The notes beneath the pieces were generated by a model that was not told where the DNA came from, did not search any database, and was given only the letters and a program-made list of their open reading frames with translations. Made by a program: the position numbers and the translations under genes. DNA of 64,000 nt, from IMG/VR virus record IMGVR_UViG_3300024520_000058. One strand, given 5' to 3'. Below, piece after piece: positions 16,611 to 26,145 of the stretch. Every line of letters begins with the position of its first letter. The first letter of the stretch is position 1. This DNA comes from an uncultured virus (IMG/VR IMGVR_UViG_3300024520_000058). Lineage: Duplodnaviria; Heunggongvirae; Uroviricota; Caudoviricetes.

Positions 16611-17006
16611 TCACGTCAGGTTGCCCCCATTTTCCCACGGATACGTGTCATCATCGTCGTCATGGGTTGACACTTCCAGGATAACAGCCGGAAATGCGGA
16701 CGCTTCCACCCTGTGCCATTGATACGGTTCAAACGTTACCTGGTCACCAGCACAGAACGTGGCGCCACCATATTCAGAATAGATCTCCACCATACCACTC
16801 AATACTATGAAGGTTTCTTTCTTGACCTTGTGGTAGTGAGCTGACCCACTCTCATCATTGGTCAAGACCAGGAACTTGCCGCAGTAGTTCCCCTGGTCTG
16901 CCGGGAAGTTTACCATGCGTATCTGGTGACCCCATCGATGCTCACGATCTATGGTAAACTTGCTGAGCAAAGATTCCAGGTCAACGGTAATTGGAACACT
17001 CTTCAT
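16611..17006 (-). CDS. cupin, sugar-isomerase-like (D-lyxose/mannose-6-phosphate isomerase type)
   Basis: YCGK..SAHYHKVKKETF..LSG, PYQWHR and ILEVST..D motifs. Confidence 0.85.
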   Translation of the reverse strand: MKSVPITVDLESLLSKFTIDREHRWGHQIRMVNFPADQGNYCGKFLVLTNDESGSAHYHKVKKETFIVLSGMVEIYSEYGGATFCAGDQVTFEPYQWHRVEASAFPAVILEVSTHDDDDDTYPWENGGNLT

Positions 17007-17233
17007 TTATTCACCTTCCATAGTGTGTAGAGTATAGCAGTTATGGAAGCAGGAAGGCCCGAGAGAAAGCCATATAACCCTGACTTAATCTCGAGTCTTC
17101 CAACCTGAATTCTCAAGTCGGTTACCTCTCTAGTGAGGTCTTTAACACACTCAGCCAGGCGCTCTATTTCTTTTATGCGGAGCGCTTCCAACTCCGCTCT
17201 TGCGTCGCTCACTGGTATCCTCCTCCTCGACAT
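17003..17233 (-). CDS. small coiled-coil plus C-terminal TM protein (XhlA/holin-like)
   Basis: Coiled coil followed by the hydrophobic GLYGFLSGLPASITAILYTLWK. Confidence 0.55.
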   Translation of the reverse strand: MSRRRIPVSDARAELEALRIKEIERLAECVKDLTREVTDLRIQVGRLEIKSGLYGFLSGLPASITAILYTLWKVNK

Positions 17234-17348
17234 CAGCTATGAGTTTCTCATACAGTTCCATAAGCCGCGGCACGTTTCCATTTGAATGACAGTCCTTTGT
17301 GAAACGCTGCTTCTTACGGAGCTGTGTAAGCTTTTCGATAAATGCCAT
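17151..17348 (-). CDS. hypothetical protein
   Basis: GGGGGGTGA SD. Overlaps the next gene by 83 nt. Confidence 0.5.
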   Translation of the reverse strand: MAFIEKLTQLRKKQRFTKDCHSNGNVPRLMELYEKLIADVEEEDTSERRKSGVGSAPHKRNRAPG

Positions 17349-17395
17349 AAATCGTCACCCCCCTAATTTTAGGTTTTTTTTATAGGGTGACCCTC

Positions 17396-18199
17396 TTAGA
17401 ATAAAGTTGTACCTGGTCTCATTACCACTTCTGGCAGTGGCATGTCAGGCAGGATACTACCGACTCGGATGATGTCACTAGCCCACGCAGGTTCAGGCAC
17501 AGCTGGTCTTAACATGCCATCCGGAGTCTGGTGAAACGCGTTGTTCAAAACTCTGGGATCCGTTATCACGTGAGAGAGGAAAGACTTTTGAAGCATAGCA
17601 GTCTTTGCTTCCAGTGGTACCCAGGGTGGAGTGTTGAGCTGGTCTGGTGGTGTCTCAGTAGCCATGCCAACGGCATCTGGTGTGTCACCGAATACACTGC
17701 CTGGGTCGCCAGTCTCTGCTATCATAGCGGCTTCAGGTCCTGAGATGGGCACTTGGGTCCAAGGGTATCCTGGAACTGGCGGTGCTCCACCACTCACGGC
17801 TGGTGCAGCCTGAGCTCTAGCTGTAGGTTGTGGCGGCGAGGGTGCAACTGCATAGGGTGTTGGGAAGACACTGGCTGGGTCACCTGACTGTGCTATCAGA
17901 GCAGCTTCACGTTCTGTGATAGGCACTGGTGTCCAGGGGAATCCTGGAACTGGTTGTCTGCCGCCGCTAACGATTGTTGGTGCAGGTCTCTCTACCGGTG
18001 GTGGAGGTGCAGTAGCATACACCCGGCCGCTGGGAGCTGGGACAGATTGAGTTGACCCACCGAACACCGTCGCAGGGTCACCGCTCTGTGCTATCTGGCT
18101 TACCTGTGCAGCAGAGATTGGCACCCTTTCCCATGGAACTCCTGCGACAGGTGGCCCGCCACCTGTAATGGTTCTCGTTTGGAATGGTCGCTGTGGCAT
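17396..18199 (-). CDS. Pro-rich protein with three ~36-aa repeats
   Basis: Repeat unit GGxPPVPGxPWxxVPISxxEAAxIAQSGDPxSVF, three copies. AGGAGG SD. Confidence 0.8.
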   Translation of the reverse strand: MPQRPFQTRTITGGGPPVAGVPWERVPISAAQVSQIAQSGDPATVFGGSTQSVPAPSGRVYATAPPPPVERPAPTIVSGGRQPVPGFPWTPVPITEREAALIAQSGDPASVFPTPYAVAPSPPQPTARAQAAPAVSGGAPPVPGYPWTQVPISGPEAAMIAETGDPGSVFGDTPDAVGMATETPPDQLNTPPWVPLEAKTAMLQKSFLSHVITDPRVLNNAFHQTPDGMLRPAVPEPAWASDIIRVGSILPDMPLPEVVMRPGTTLF

Positions 18200-18211
18200 T
18201 TGTTTGCCCTC

Positions 18212-21200
18212 CTATTGGTTGAGCTGTTCGAACTGTTTTATGCCATCCAGGAGATCCTGGTTTGCTCCTGGAGCAAGGATCTGTTCCTCGGCTCTCTTCT
18301 CTTGTTTCAGGTCGTCCAGGGTGTAGGCACTGACATCCTGTTCAGTGTAGGCATCACGAAGACCTGACTGTACCTCGTTGGACATCTCTCTATGAAGACC
18401 CTCAATGCTATGGTGATTATCTTTGAGCCACTTGTGGAACTCTAACTTCTCCATAGTGGACATCTCTCTATAGCGACTGCTAAGAGGGGTCTTATGACGC
18501 ATTGCCCTATCAATGACAGCATCCATGGTTTTGTACCGGGTAAGTCCTTTGTTCAGGTATTGTCCAAACTCTCCTTTCTGAAGGTGAACACTGAGCTCCT
18601 TATCCACCTTGCTGGTGGTGAACTTCTTCTCATCCCTGTACTGGAACATCAGCTCAGTGTACCTGCCACCAGGTGGACCTCTGCGTATCCAGAAACCAGC
18701 TACCGGAGCGATGTAGTCTATAGGATCAGGTACACGTCCAGGACGGTTCGGAATGATGGTGATGGGCGTAAAGCTTTCGAAGAAAAAACGCATCCCTAAA
18801 CGCATCTTGTCCCACCCCTTAGCTCCTGGTGGGATTATCTTCTTGTGTTGCCAGAAACTATAGTTGGCAACTGCCTCCACTGCAGCCTTGGGAAGGGGAG
18901 CTGCTTTGTTAAGCGCTGTACGCGCTGGATGGAATCCCCAATCAGGATAGTCTCTGAAGTACCGCATCAGTAAAGGCACTACATATCGTGGAGCTCCACG
19001 CTTATCATGCCCCCAGAAAATATCCATTCGATGACCAGGTGGATTCATGAAAGACGGTATCACAGGTACTATAGGCCCATCCATTTGACCGTCTTTCTTC
19101 AACTGGTTGGTGATTAACTGATACATCATCTGTACCATAGAAGGCATCAGTAGAATGCCAACGACGAGACCTTTTATCCAATGCTTCATATTCATTTTCC
19201 CAAGAGCATCCTTCTCATCATCGCTCAGGTTACCTAAGCCACGACCTTTGACACCACCACCTGGCCCACGTGGTCCGCCGCCATCAGTTGGCACAAAGTT
19301 CCCGCGCGCTACTTTGCCTACGGTTCTGTCAAGCCCCCAGCTAAAAGCTTTCACGCCTATGTCCCAGTTGGCTAAAGTATTACCTGTTACAAATACAATG
19401 CCTTCCCCCTCAGCCAACCAGAAGCCTGTCTCCACAGACGGACACCATATAGTACCCTCATATTGGACTGTATCCATTCTGTCATGGCATCGTATCTTAT
19501 CCGAGGAAATGATGCGCGTCCGCCAACAATTCTCTTCCTGTTGATAGAAAGTGCTGGGCTTGCCAAGCATAGTTTGAATCAGCGTCATGTAGAAGACTTC
19601 TGACTCCTTACCACAGAATCTATGTTGTCCTGTCCCATCGCCAAGCATCATAGTATCATAGAGCAACTGGAGTTGTTTCCTGGTAAGACACGAAAGGAAG
19701 TCAGAATCCAATCCATCGGAGAGATTATAGCTATCCATCATTCGAATAACCTCAGTTGGCACATAGAAAGTGTGGACCGGATGTCTCTCTACGAACTGTG
19801 TGCCAGCGGCGTTGGTATTGTGCTCCCGCGGTTTGTTGATACGGGAGTTGAGATCCAGTTTCTTTAGCTCCCTAACTCCCTTGGGCTTTGATTGGGTGAT
19901 GACTCCATACCTGCAAACTTTCGGTCCAGATTTTGTTTCGTACTTATCTGACTTGATATGACCATCGGTAACCATCCAGCCAACTACTCGGACAAACCAG
20001 TCGGAGAAGATAGGTTTCTTAGCAACCCCAAATTCCCAAGATCCTACTCTTGGGATCAGATGGCTCGACTTGAGATCTTTGGCGAACACAATCTCATGCT
20101 TGCACTTGGAGTAGTTCCATACATAGCATTTATGATCGGGAGTCATCCTGATTTTCTTGTTGTAGTTCCTGATCTCAATCATGTCTCCTGAGTAGCTTTC
20201 ATTCTCGAACTTATCCAGCATAGGAGACCACCGCATCTGTCCATTGTCCGGGTCAAAGGTCATAATTTCATCACCAATAGAGAGTTCATGATGGTACTTC
20301 CATCCCTTTTTAGTCATTGCTCTGGTGTCTGACGACACACACCAGTTTCGAGCGAACAACAAATTGCTACCTGCTATTCGTGCCCACTTGGAGATCCACG
20401 TATGTGGCAGGCTACCCAATAGTGTGTTCACGTAGTGTGATGCTACCTTAGCGGCTTTCTCTGGTGGCCAATCCGGATGCTCAGCCAGCAAGTTGTTGTA
20501 TACCATCTCCGTTGTGCCAAGCTGTGCGTTCAGTACGACACTGTGCCATAGAACCTCATCGCTCTTATGTACCATCGCACTCCACGTTCTTCCCATCTTA
20601 CGCACACCTTTCCAATGATCATCTACTTCTGGTGTCAGGGCCCTGGCCTGGCGTCGCAGGTCTACGGAAGTCGTGTAGGCTGTGGCTGTCTCCAGGCCAT
20701 GCTTTATAAAGAACTCCACCTTCTCATCCTGGGTCTTCCACATCTCTCGGCCGCGTAAGAATATCTTAGCTGTCTTCCAGGGGTTGAAGTTAGCCTCATT
20801 CCACACATCACTGACGATATTCCATGTATGTATGGCAGGATTCAGCATCTTCCCTCTCTTGATGAGACCCCTGGCATAGGTGTAAGCACGTTCAAACTTG
20901 CCACGTTCCCGGTTGCGACTGTAGAGATCCTTCAGGATATTATACACCTCAGGATGCACACGAACACTTTCCCTTATCAGAACTGGTATCTCATCGTGTG
21001 TATTCTGAAACTTTAGCCGCTCCAGACCAGGTATATCCACCGTTTTATACTGTTGCCAGGCTTCAGCAAAGAGACCTGTCTTGTCTGTGGGTTTGTGCAT
21101 GATATATGGTACGCCATTCTTATCATTGTACGCCATGAGGGTCTGGATAAGATGCTTGTTGGCCAGCGCCTTGAACAACTGAAAGCGATATGCTCCATTC

Positions 21201-24200
21201 TTAAAGATGGGATCATCGATGGGATGGAGCCCAAGTTCTCTGGCATCGTCCTTCGTCTTAATCTTACGTTGCATAGCTGGACTGAAGCCAGTGCCTAACT
21301 TCCCACGGCCGCGAGGGAAGATTACGCTACTTATCTTTTGAGCATGGTCAGAATATACATGCGGTGTATAGTTCTCTACCCAACTATCCAGGATGTCCTG
21401 GTCGGTGGCGAACCTGTAGAGTTCTTCGTAGTCAGCTCTCAACGCCTTGTATAGTTGCTTATATCCCTCCGGTAGCGTATCGAATGCTCGTTGATACTTC
21501 GCCGGGTTGTCTGCATAGTCATCCACAATCTTGAGCAACTCCGGTACTGGTCTGACTTTCTTCTCCCCGCGGAAGATCCTATCCCGGAACCTTGGGTCTG
21601 TCGTGATCAGCTTCATAAGCCTGTCTTTATTCCACGTACTGTAGAGACCAGCCAGGTTGGTGTTACTTCTCCACATCTCAATAGCTCCGAACACGTCATG
21701 AAAGATAGTGGAGTATGTTGGAGCGAATACCGCTCTGGCTCTGGCTACTAGCGCGCTGGACTGAGCCTTCATTTCATCCAACGTTGGTATGTTTACGAAA
21801 CCTCCTTCCAGGTCAGGGTCTGCTAACATTCCCTTAGTATCTTTGATGAGGTTCTGGAGCTCTGCCTGTATCTCTTGTCTTGTCCTGGTCGTTGCATAGT
21901 TCTTGGGGTTAGCCTTGGCATCTCTGAATGCTGAGTAAACAGCATTCCCATCATTGGTGACATGAACCGAGTTGGCAGGTATGTCATTGTTTGCCAACCT
22001 CTCACGCTCACCTGGCTGAAGCTTCCGGATCTCATACTCAGTATAGCCCAGAGCTTGCAGGTCTGACTTAACAGGGTCAATCTTGAGCTGGTTATACTCC
22101 GCGGCCAGGTCAGGATAATCTTCCAGGACTCCATCAGGGACATCCAACCCTTGCTCAAGGCGTTGTTGCACTGTGTTCCTGTGTGTAGCCATAGCAGCTT
22201 CCAACGGGTCATCTATTCCGGTGGCCTTCATCTCATCAGCAAACTGTACCCTGGCCAAGTCCCGATGGATAGCACTGGCAAACACCTGGTCAAAATCTGC
22301 AGCCGTAGCCCTTCCCATATCCAATGCTCTGCGTGTAGCTTCGAACTCCGCTAACTTCTCAGGCATGTATTCAGTGACAAGTCTACCAAGCTTATAAACA
22401 TAATCTCTTATGGCTGCCTCGGGCGCCACATCAAATCCACGTAGCTTGGCAGTGTGGTCTCTCACGGCAAGGTATTCCGGGGGAGCTCCCCGGAGTATGA
22501 AGTTTTCCAGTGGCTGCTCCCAGGGCTCCAACGCCTTAGACTCTGGAACAGGCGCTTTATCTGGAACAGGTTGCTGGGGCGGCGTCACCTGTCTGGACTT
22601 AGCTGTGAGACGTGGGTCTGTAGGCTCAGGTCTGATGGCCTGGGACGGACGTATTGGTGGTGTCTCCGGTGGCAATGGCTTCGGAGGCGGTGGCTCCTGC
22701 CCTGATGTAGGAGATACTGCCCTGGCTTTGGCCACCAGCTCATGTCCCTGTGCCTTATAGTCTGCCCTGACTTGCGCCAATGCTATATCATACTGCGGTT
22801 TCAGATGCGGATAGCGGTGTGCCAGGTGTGGGTACCTTACCAGTACGTCATCAGGTATGGCTACCCCCTGTTCCACCCAATCTTCCAGGAACTCAGGAGT
22901 GCCGATACTGGCAGGAGGTCTATCTCCACGTAGAGGGACCCCTTCCCCCATCAAAGGGATATTCTTTATCTCTTCTGGCCGGGGAAGTACTTGGAGTTCC
23001 TGTGGTGGTAAGGTCCCTTCAGTTCCGTCAGCAAAGCGGAGCTTCACATTCTGCGGGTCTGATATGTCAGTGACTGTAGCTTCCAGGTTCCCCTGCCAGG
23101 GTAGTTTCACCTTAGTCCCTTTAGTAAGGAGCAGCTCATCCTGTACAGTGGGAGTGGCAATGGGGTACGTCTTGATAAATTCATCGATGATCTCCTGATT
23201 AGTAAACACCATCTGCAGCTCACGGATCTCCTGGGGAGTGGAGCCAGTTCGAATAGCCATGCTGATCTGGTCATCAGTAAAGCCATTGCGATCTGTAAGC
23301 AACCGGCTACTCCTATCATGTCCCTGCCTGGCTGCCTCTATCTGCTGAGCGTTCACTGCAGCATTGGCGAAGTAGTTCGCCATAGGCTCTCCCATTTCTA
23401 TGGCTTCCTGAGTTGCTATGCTTGCTGCAGTAGCGGAGCCAGCGGCGGAAGAGCCAGCGACAGCTGTAGCGTTTGCAAAGGTAGTAGGCAGGTCGAAGGG
23501 AGCTGTTGGTAAGCCAGGGCCCAATGGAGTAGTTCCCCTTCCAGGAAATACAGCAGCCCCGGCTGCGGAGGGAGTTGGAGTGAAGCCTCCGACAGGCCCT
23601 CCGGCTCTGCCCACGTATGTTTGGAGGAAACTTGGATCCTTGGGTACGAAGATTACCATTTCGCCATTGCTACTCTCCATAAAAAGCCGCATGTATTCCA
23701 GTTGGTCTCTAGGTATCCCGGCAAATCGCTTGGATAATCCCTGCAACATCATTTCCTTCTCGGCACTGGTACCCCGCACAACTATATGTCTTGATATATC
23801 AGGTTCTGCCAGGTTATTAAGGAATCCCTGGAACTCATCGATGGTAAGTGGAACAGGCCTCCCTGTCCTACGAATAAACCTACTTTCCTTATAGAACTTC
23901 CACGCGTTCTTCATGGACATATTGATAGGGAAGCGTTGGTTAAGCCATCTAAGCCCAGCTCTGGTGGCTGGGTTGATGATGTATTTCCCACCAACGTAGA
24001 AGGCTGCATGTCTAGGCCAGGTCTCAGGATGTGTCAGCTGCTCCTTTACCCATTCCTCCGGAGCTGAGAGTACCAGTGGCACCGTTGCCAGGACTGGATG
24101 CTTAGCTATGAACTCATTGCTTACTGCGGGCATTGGTTCACCGCGCTGATACCAACTGGAACGTGGGTTAGCAAAGCTGTAGCCAAGAACTCTTTGCAGA

Positions 24201-25072
24201 GCTCGGAGCTGCTTGGGATCGTATTCCTGTGCCAGCTCCTTCAGCAGGTCGGGGAAGTAGTCCTCTCCCATCTCATCCATAGCGGGAAGTCTTCCCATAT
24301 CAGCCCATTGGTCCAGCTTCTTCCAGTTCCGGGCATCGATGACGTCCTTAGTCTCCTGGACAGAGGGTATGTAGTGTAGCCAGTCCCGGGCTTCTCCCCT
24401 GGCTTTGTTGATAACACCTCTCTCTTTCTCACCCAACTTCACCAACGGCTTATGGATAAGCTCTTTATAGTTCCTCTTTACATTGGAGAAGTACTCCTTC
24501 ACAGGTTCAGGGACACCTGGAAGTGGGACATTGCCACTGGAGGTCTGGGTCTGGGCTTGAGCTATATAGCCTCTGAGAAACGCGGGAGTCTTATCAATTT
24601 CTCTGGCTTCCTGGACTCCCTGGAGCGTGGCTTCAGTCGTCAGGTCAATGAAGGGAAGGATGTTATCAATCTCCTGGTCGCTCATTCCCATGCCCTGGTA
24701 TATCTCATAGTGGTCATTGAAAGCTGCTCTTCTCTTATGCGGGGGTAGCGAACGCAGAGCTTCGAGCCCACGGTCAAGGCCGGAGATCTGTGCCTCCGTC
24801 TTTCCCAGGGCTCTCCACTCGCGTCTCTGACGGGCAAATGGGTCGAGTACAGGAGCGGCACCCTGTCCCAACCGGGCGTCAGATCTTATAAAGTTAATAC
24901 GGTCTTCCGGATCCAATAGCCAGGAAATATCGCTGGGGTCGTACTGTTGGGGTATAGGTGTCACACCAGATATGCCAAAGTTCTCCCGATCTTCCTCGTC
25001 CAGGAGATGCCTTATATCTGATGGGTCTGACGTCCTGCGTGTCTCTGAGAGGAACCTGGTTGGGTCTAGCAT
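18212..25072 (-). CDS. giant internal virion/ejection protein (large polyvalent protein-like) with intein
   Basis: 2286 aa, follows the SLT gene at the end of the virion operon. Two EQGxxVPDxVLxxYPxLA motifs and ENYTPHVY. Contains an intein. Confidence 0.75.
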   Translation of the reverse strand: MLDPTRFLSETRRTSDPSDIRHLLDEEDRENFGISGVTPIPQQYDPSDISWLLDPEDRINFIRSDARLGQGAAPVLDPFARQRREWRALGKTEAQISGLDRGLEALRSLPPHKRRAAFNDHYEIYQGMGMSDQEIDNILPFIDLTTEATLQGVQEAREIDKTPAFLRGYIAQAQTQTSSGNVPLPGVPEPVKEYFSNVKRNYKELIHKPLVKLGEKERGVINKARGEARDWLHYIPSVQETKDVIDARNWKKLDQWADMGRLPAMDEMGEDYFPDLLKELAQEYDPKQLRALQRVLGYSFANPRSSWYQRGEPMPAVSNEFIAKHPVLATVPLVLSAPEEWVKEQLTHPETWPRHAAFYVGGKYIINPATRAGLRWLNQRFPINMSMKNAWKFYKESRFIRRTGRPVPLTIDEFQGFLNNLAEPDISRHIVVRGTSAEKEMMLQGLSKRFAGIPRDQLEYMRLFMESSNGEMVIFVPKDPSFLQTYVGRAGGPVGGFTPTPSAAGAAVFPGRGTTPLGPGLPTAPFDLPTTFANATAVAGSSAAGSATAASIATQEAIEMGEPMANYFANAAVNAQQIEAARQGHDRSSRLLTDRNGFTDDQISMAIRTGSTPQEIRELQMVFTNQEIIDEFIKTYPIATPTVQDELLLTKGTKVKLPWQGNLEATVTDISDPQNVKLRFADGTEGTLPPQELQVLPRPEEIKNIPLMGEGVPLRGDRPPASIGTPEFLEDWVEQGVAIPDDVLVRYPHLAHRYPHLKPQYDIALAQVRADYKAQGHELVAKARAVSPTSGQEPPPPKPLPPETPPIRPSQAIRPEPTDPRLTAKSRQVTPPQQPVPDKAPVPESKALEPWEQPLENFILRGAPPEYLAVRDHTAKLRGFDVAPEAAIRDYVYKLGRLVTEYMPEKLAEFEATRRALDMGRATAADFDQVFASAIHRDLARVQFADEMKATGIDDPLEAAMATHRNTVQQRLEQGLDVPDGVLEDYPDLAAEYNQLKIDPVKSDLQALGYTEYEIRKLQPGERERLANNDIPANSVHVTNDGNAVYSAFRDAKANPKNYATTRTRQEIQAELQNLIKDTKGMLADPDLEGGFVNIPTLDEMKAQSSALVARARAVFAPTYSTIFHDVFGAIEMWRSNTNLAGLYSTWNKDRLMKLITTDPRFRDRIFRGEKKVRPVPELLKIVDDYADNPAKYQRAFDTLPEGYKQLYKALRADYEELYRFATDQDILDSWVENYTPHVYSDHAQKISSVIFPRGRGKLGTGFSPAMQRKIKTKDDARELGLHPIDDPIFKNGAYRFQLFKALANKHLIQTLMAYNDKNGVPYIMHKPTDKTGLFAEAWQQYKTVDIPGLERLKFQNTHDEIPVLIRESVRVHPEVYNILKDLYSRNRERGKFERAYTYARGLIKRGKMLNPAIHTWNIVSDVWNEANFNPWKTAKIFLRGREMWKTQDEKVEFFIKHGLETATAYTTSVDLRRQARALTPEVDDHWKGVRKMGRTWSAMVHKSDEVLWHSVVLNAQLGTTEMVYNNLLAEHPDWPPEKAAKVASHYVNTLLGSLPHTWISKWARIAGSNLLFARNWCVSSDTRAMTKKGWKYHHELSIGDEIMTFDPDNGQMRWSPMLDKFENESYSGDMIEIRNYNKKIRMTPDHKCYVWNYSKCKHEIVFAKDLKSSHLIPRVGSWEFGVAKKPIFSDWFVRVVGWMVTDGHIKSDKYETKSGPKVCRYGVITQSKPKGVRELKKLDLNSRINKPREHNTNAAGTQFVERHPVHTFYVPTEVIRMMDSYNLSDGLDSDFLSCLTRKQLQLLYDTMMLGDGTGQHRFCGKESEVFYMTLIQTMLGKPSTFYQQEENCWRTRIISSDKIRCHDRMDTVQYEGTIWCPSVETGFWLAEGEGIVFVTGNTLANWDIGVKAFSWGLDRTVGKVARGNFVPTDGGGPRGPGGGVKGRGLGNLSDDEKDALGKMNMKHWIKGLVVGILLMPSMVQMMYQLITNQLKKDGQMDGPIVPVIPSFMNPPGHRMDIFWGHDKRGAPRYVVPLLMRYFRDYPDWGFHPARTALNKAAPLPKAAVEAVANYSFWQHKKIIPPGAKGWDKMRLGMRFFFESFTPITIIPNRPGRVPDPIDYIAPVAGFWIRRGPPGGRYTELMFQYRDEKKFTTSKVDKELSVHLQKGEFGQYLNKGLTRYKTMDAVIDRAMRHKTPLSSRYREMSTMEKLEFHKWLKDNHHSIEGLHREMSNEVQSGLRDAYTEQDVSAYTLDDLKQEKRAEEQILAPGANQDLLDGIKQFEQLNQ
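19379..20341 (-). mobile_element. intein (321 aa) with LAGLIDADG-type endonuclease motifs
   Basis: N-junction ARNW/CVSSDTRAMTKKGWK, block B MTPDHK, VVGWMVTDG and DTMMLGDG, C-junction IWCPSVETGFW..FVTGN/T. Confidence 0.92.
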
Positions 25073-26145
25073 TACAAGCCCTTCCCTTTCCTGATGTTAG
25101 TATGGAGTTCTATAAAATCCCTGGCTAAAAGTGATGGGTCTTCCTCATATTCTTTGACGAACTTCGTAATGTTGTCTGCATACTGTCGGGGTTCCTTCAT
25201 CTTCTTCCACTTATCAGCGGCGAGCCTGGTGTGACCTGCATTGTATGCAGCTAACCAGCTCTGCACGTTCTTGGGCTTGAAGTTCTGCTTTATCCATGCC
25301 ATGTGTCGCAGACCTGCTTCGATGTTTTCCATGGGGTTCAGTCGCTCATCAACAGTCTCATCCACCTTGAGCCCGCGGTCTATGGCAGTGGACTGCATGA
25401 GCTGAAGCAAGCCTCGAGCTCCTACAGGACTCTTGGCTTCCGGATCGAAGCGTGATTCTTGTTTCATCATGGCCATCACCAGCTTCAGTGGTACTCCGGT
25501 TTCCTTGGAGACTCCACTGACTCTATCGAAGAACGCATAGAGATCTGCAGTAGAGTCGAACGGTGGCTCCACGGCTGGTATACTGTTCAGACCTGTGAAA
25601 GGCTCTATCTCATCAGCTATAAGACCACTCTGCCTGGAAGGTTGTTCCCGGCCGGGGAGTTGGATAGGACCAGGTGCTTCCTGCTGTGGCTGCCGCTGAA
25701 GCTCAGCTGGTATCCCTCCTGCTATGGGTGCCGCTGTAGGTTGTTCTCCTGGAGAACTCAGAGTATCTCGAGCAAGTCGCTCAGTGGATCCTATTCCAAA
25801 GTCTCCATGAGCTGTTACCCCACTGCCAAGTGCAGTTCTTTCTGATGGTGTGGCCCCGATGCCCTGGGCAGGAGCTCCTGGCCTGGCCACCGTAGCTCCC
25901 ACACCTACGTTGAGACCAGGGGCGACAGGGGTTGAGGTCGCAGCGCCTGGTTGCCTGGCTTCAGGATTGCGCGGAGTTGTGACGTTGAATAGCAAACTCA
26001 CTGCCCTGGCAGAGCCATACTTGTCCATGACTGTCTGGATCCTATCAGCCTGGCGCGGATTGCCTTTCATGTAGACTTTCATGAAGGTCTCAGGTCCATA
26101 CCTGTTGATTAGAGCCCCAACTCTTTCTCGTTCTTCGTCTGTCAT
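25072..26145 (-). CDS. virion-associated lytic transglycosylase (SLT domain)
   Basis: MKQESRFDPEAKSPVGARGLLQLM, NIEAG and LAAYNAG motifs. Confidence 0.92.
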   Translation of the reverse strand: MTDEERERVGALINRYGPETFMKVYMKGNPRQADRIQTVMDKYGSARAVSLLFNVTTPRNPEARQPGAATSTPVAPGLNVGVGATVARPGAPAQGIGATPSERTALGSGVTAHGDFGIGSTERLARDTLSSPGEQPTAAPIAGGIPAELQRQPQQEAPGPIQLPGREQPSRQSGLIADEIEPFTGLNSIPAVEPPFDSTADLYAFFDRVSGVSKETGVPLKLVMAMMKQESRFDPEAKSPVGARGLLQLMQSTAIDRGLKVDETVDERLNPMENIEAGLRHMAWIKQNFKPKNVQSWLAAYNAGHTRLAADKWKKMKEPRQYADNITKFVKEYEEDPSLLARDFIELHTNIRKGKGL

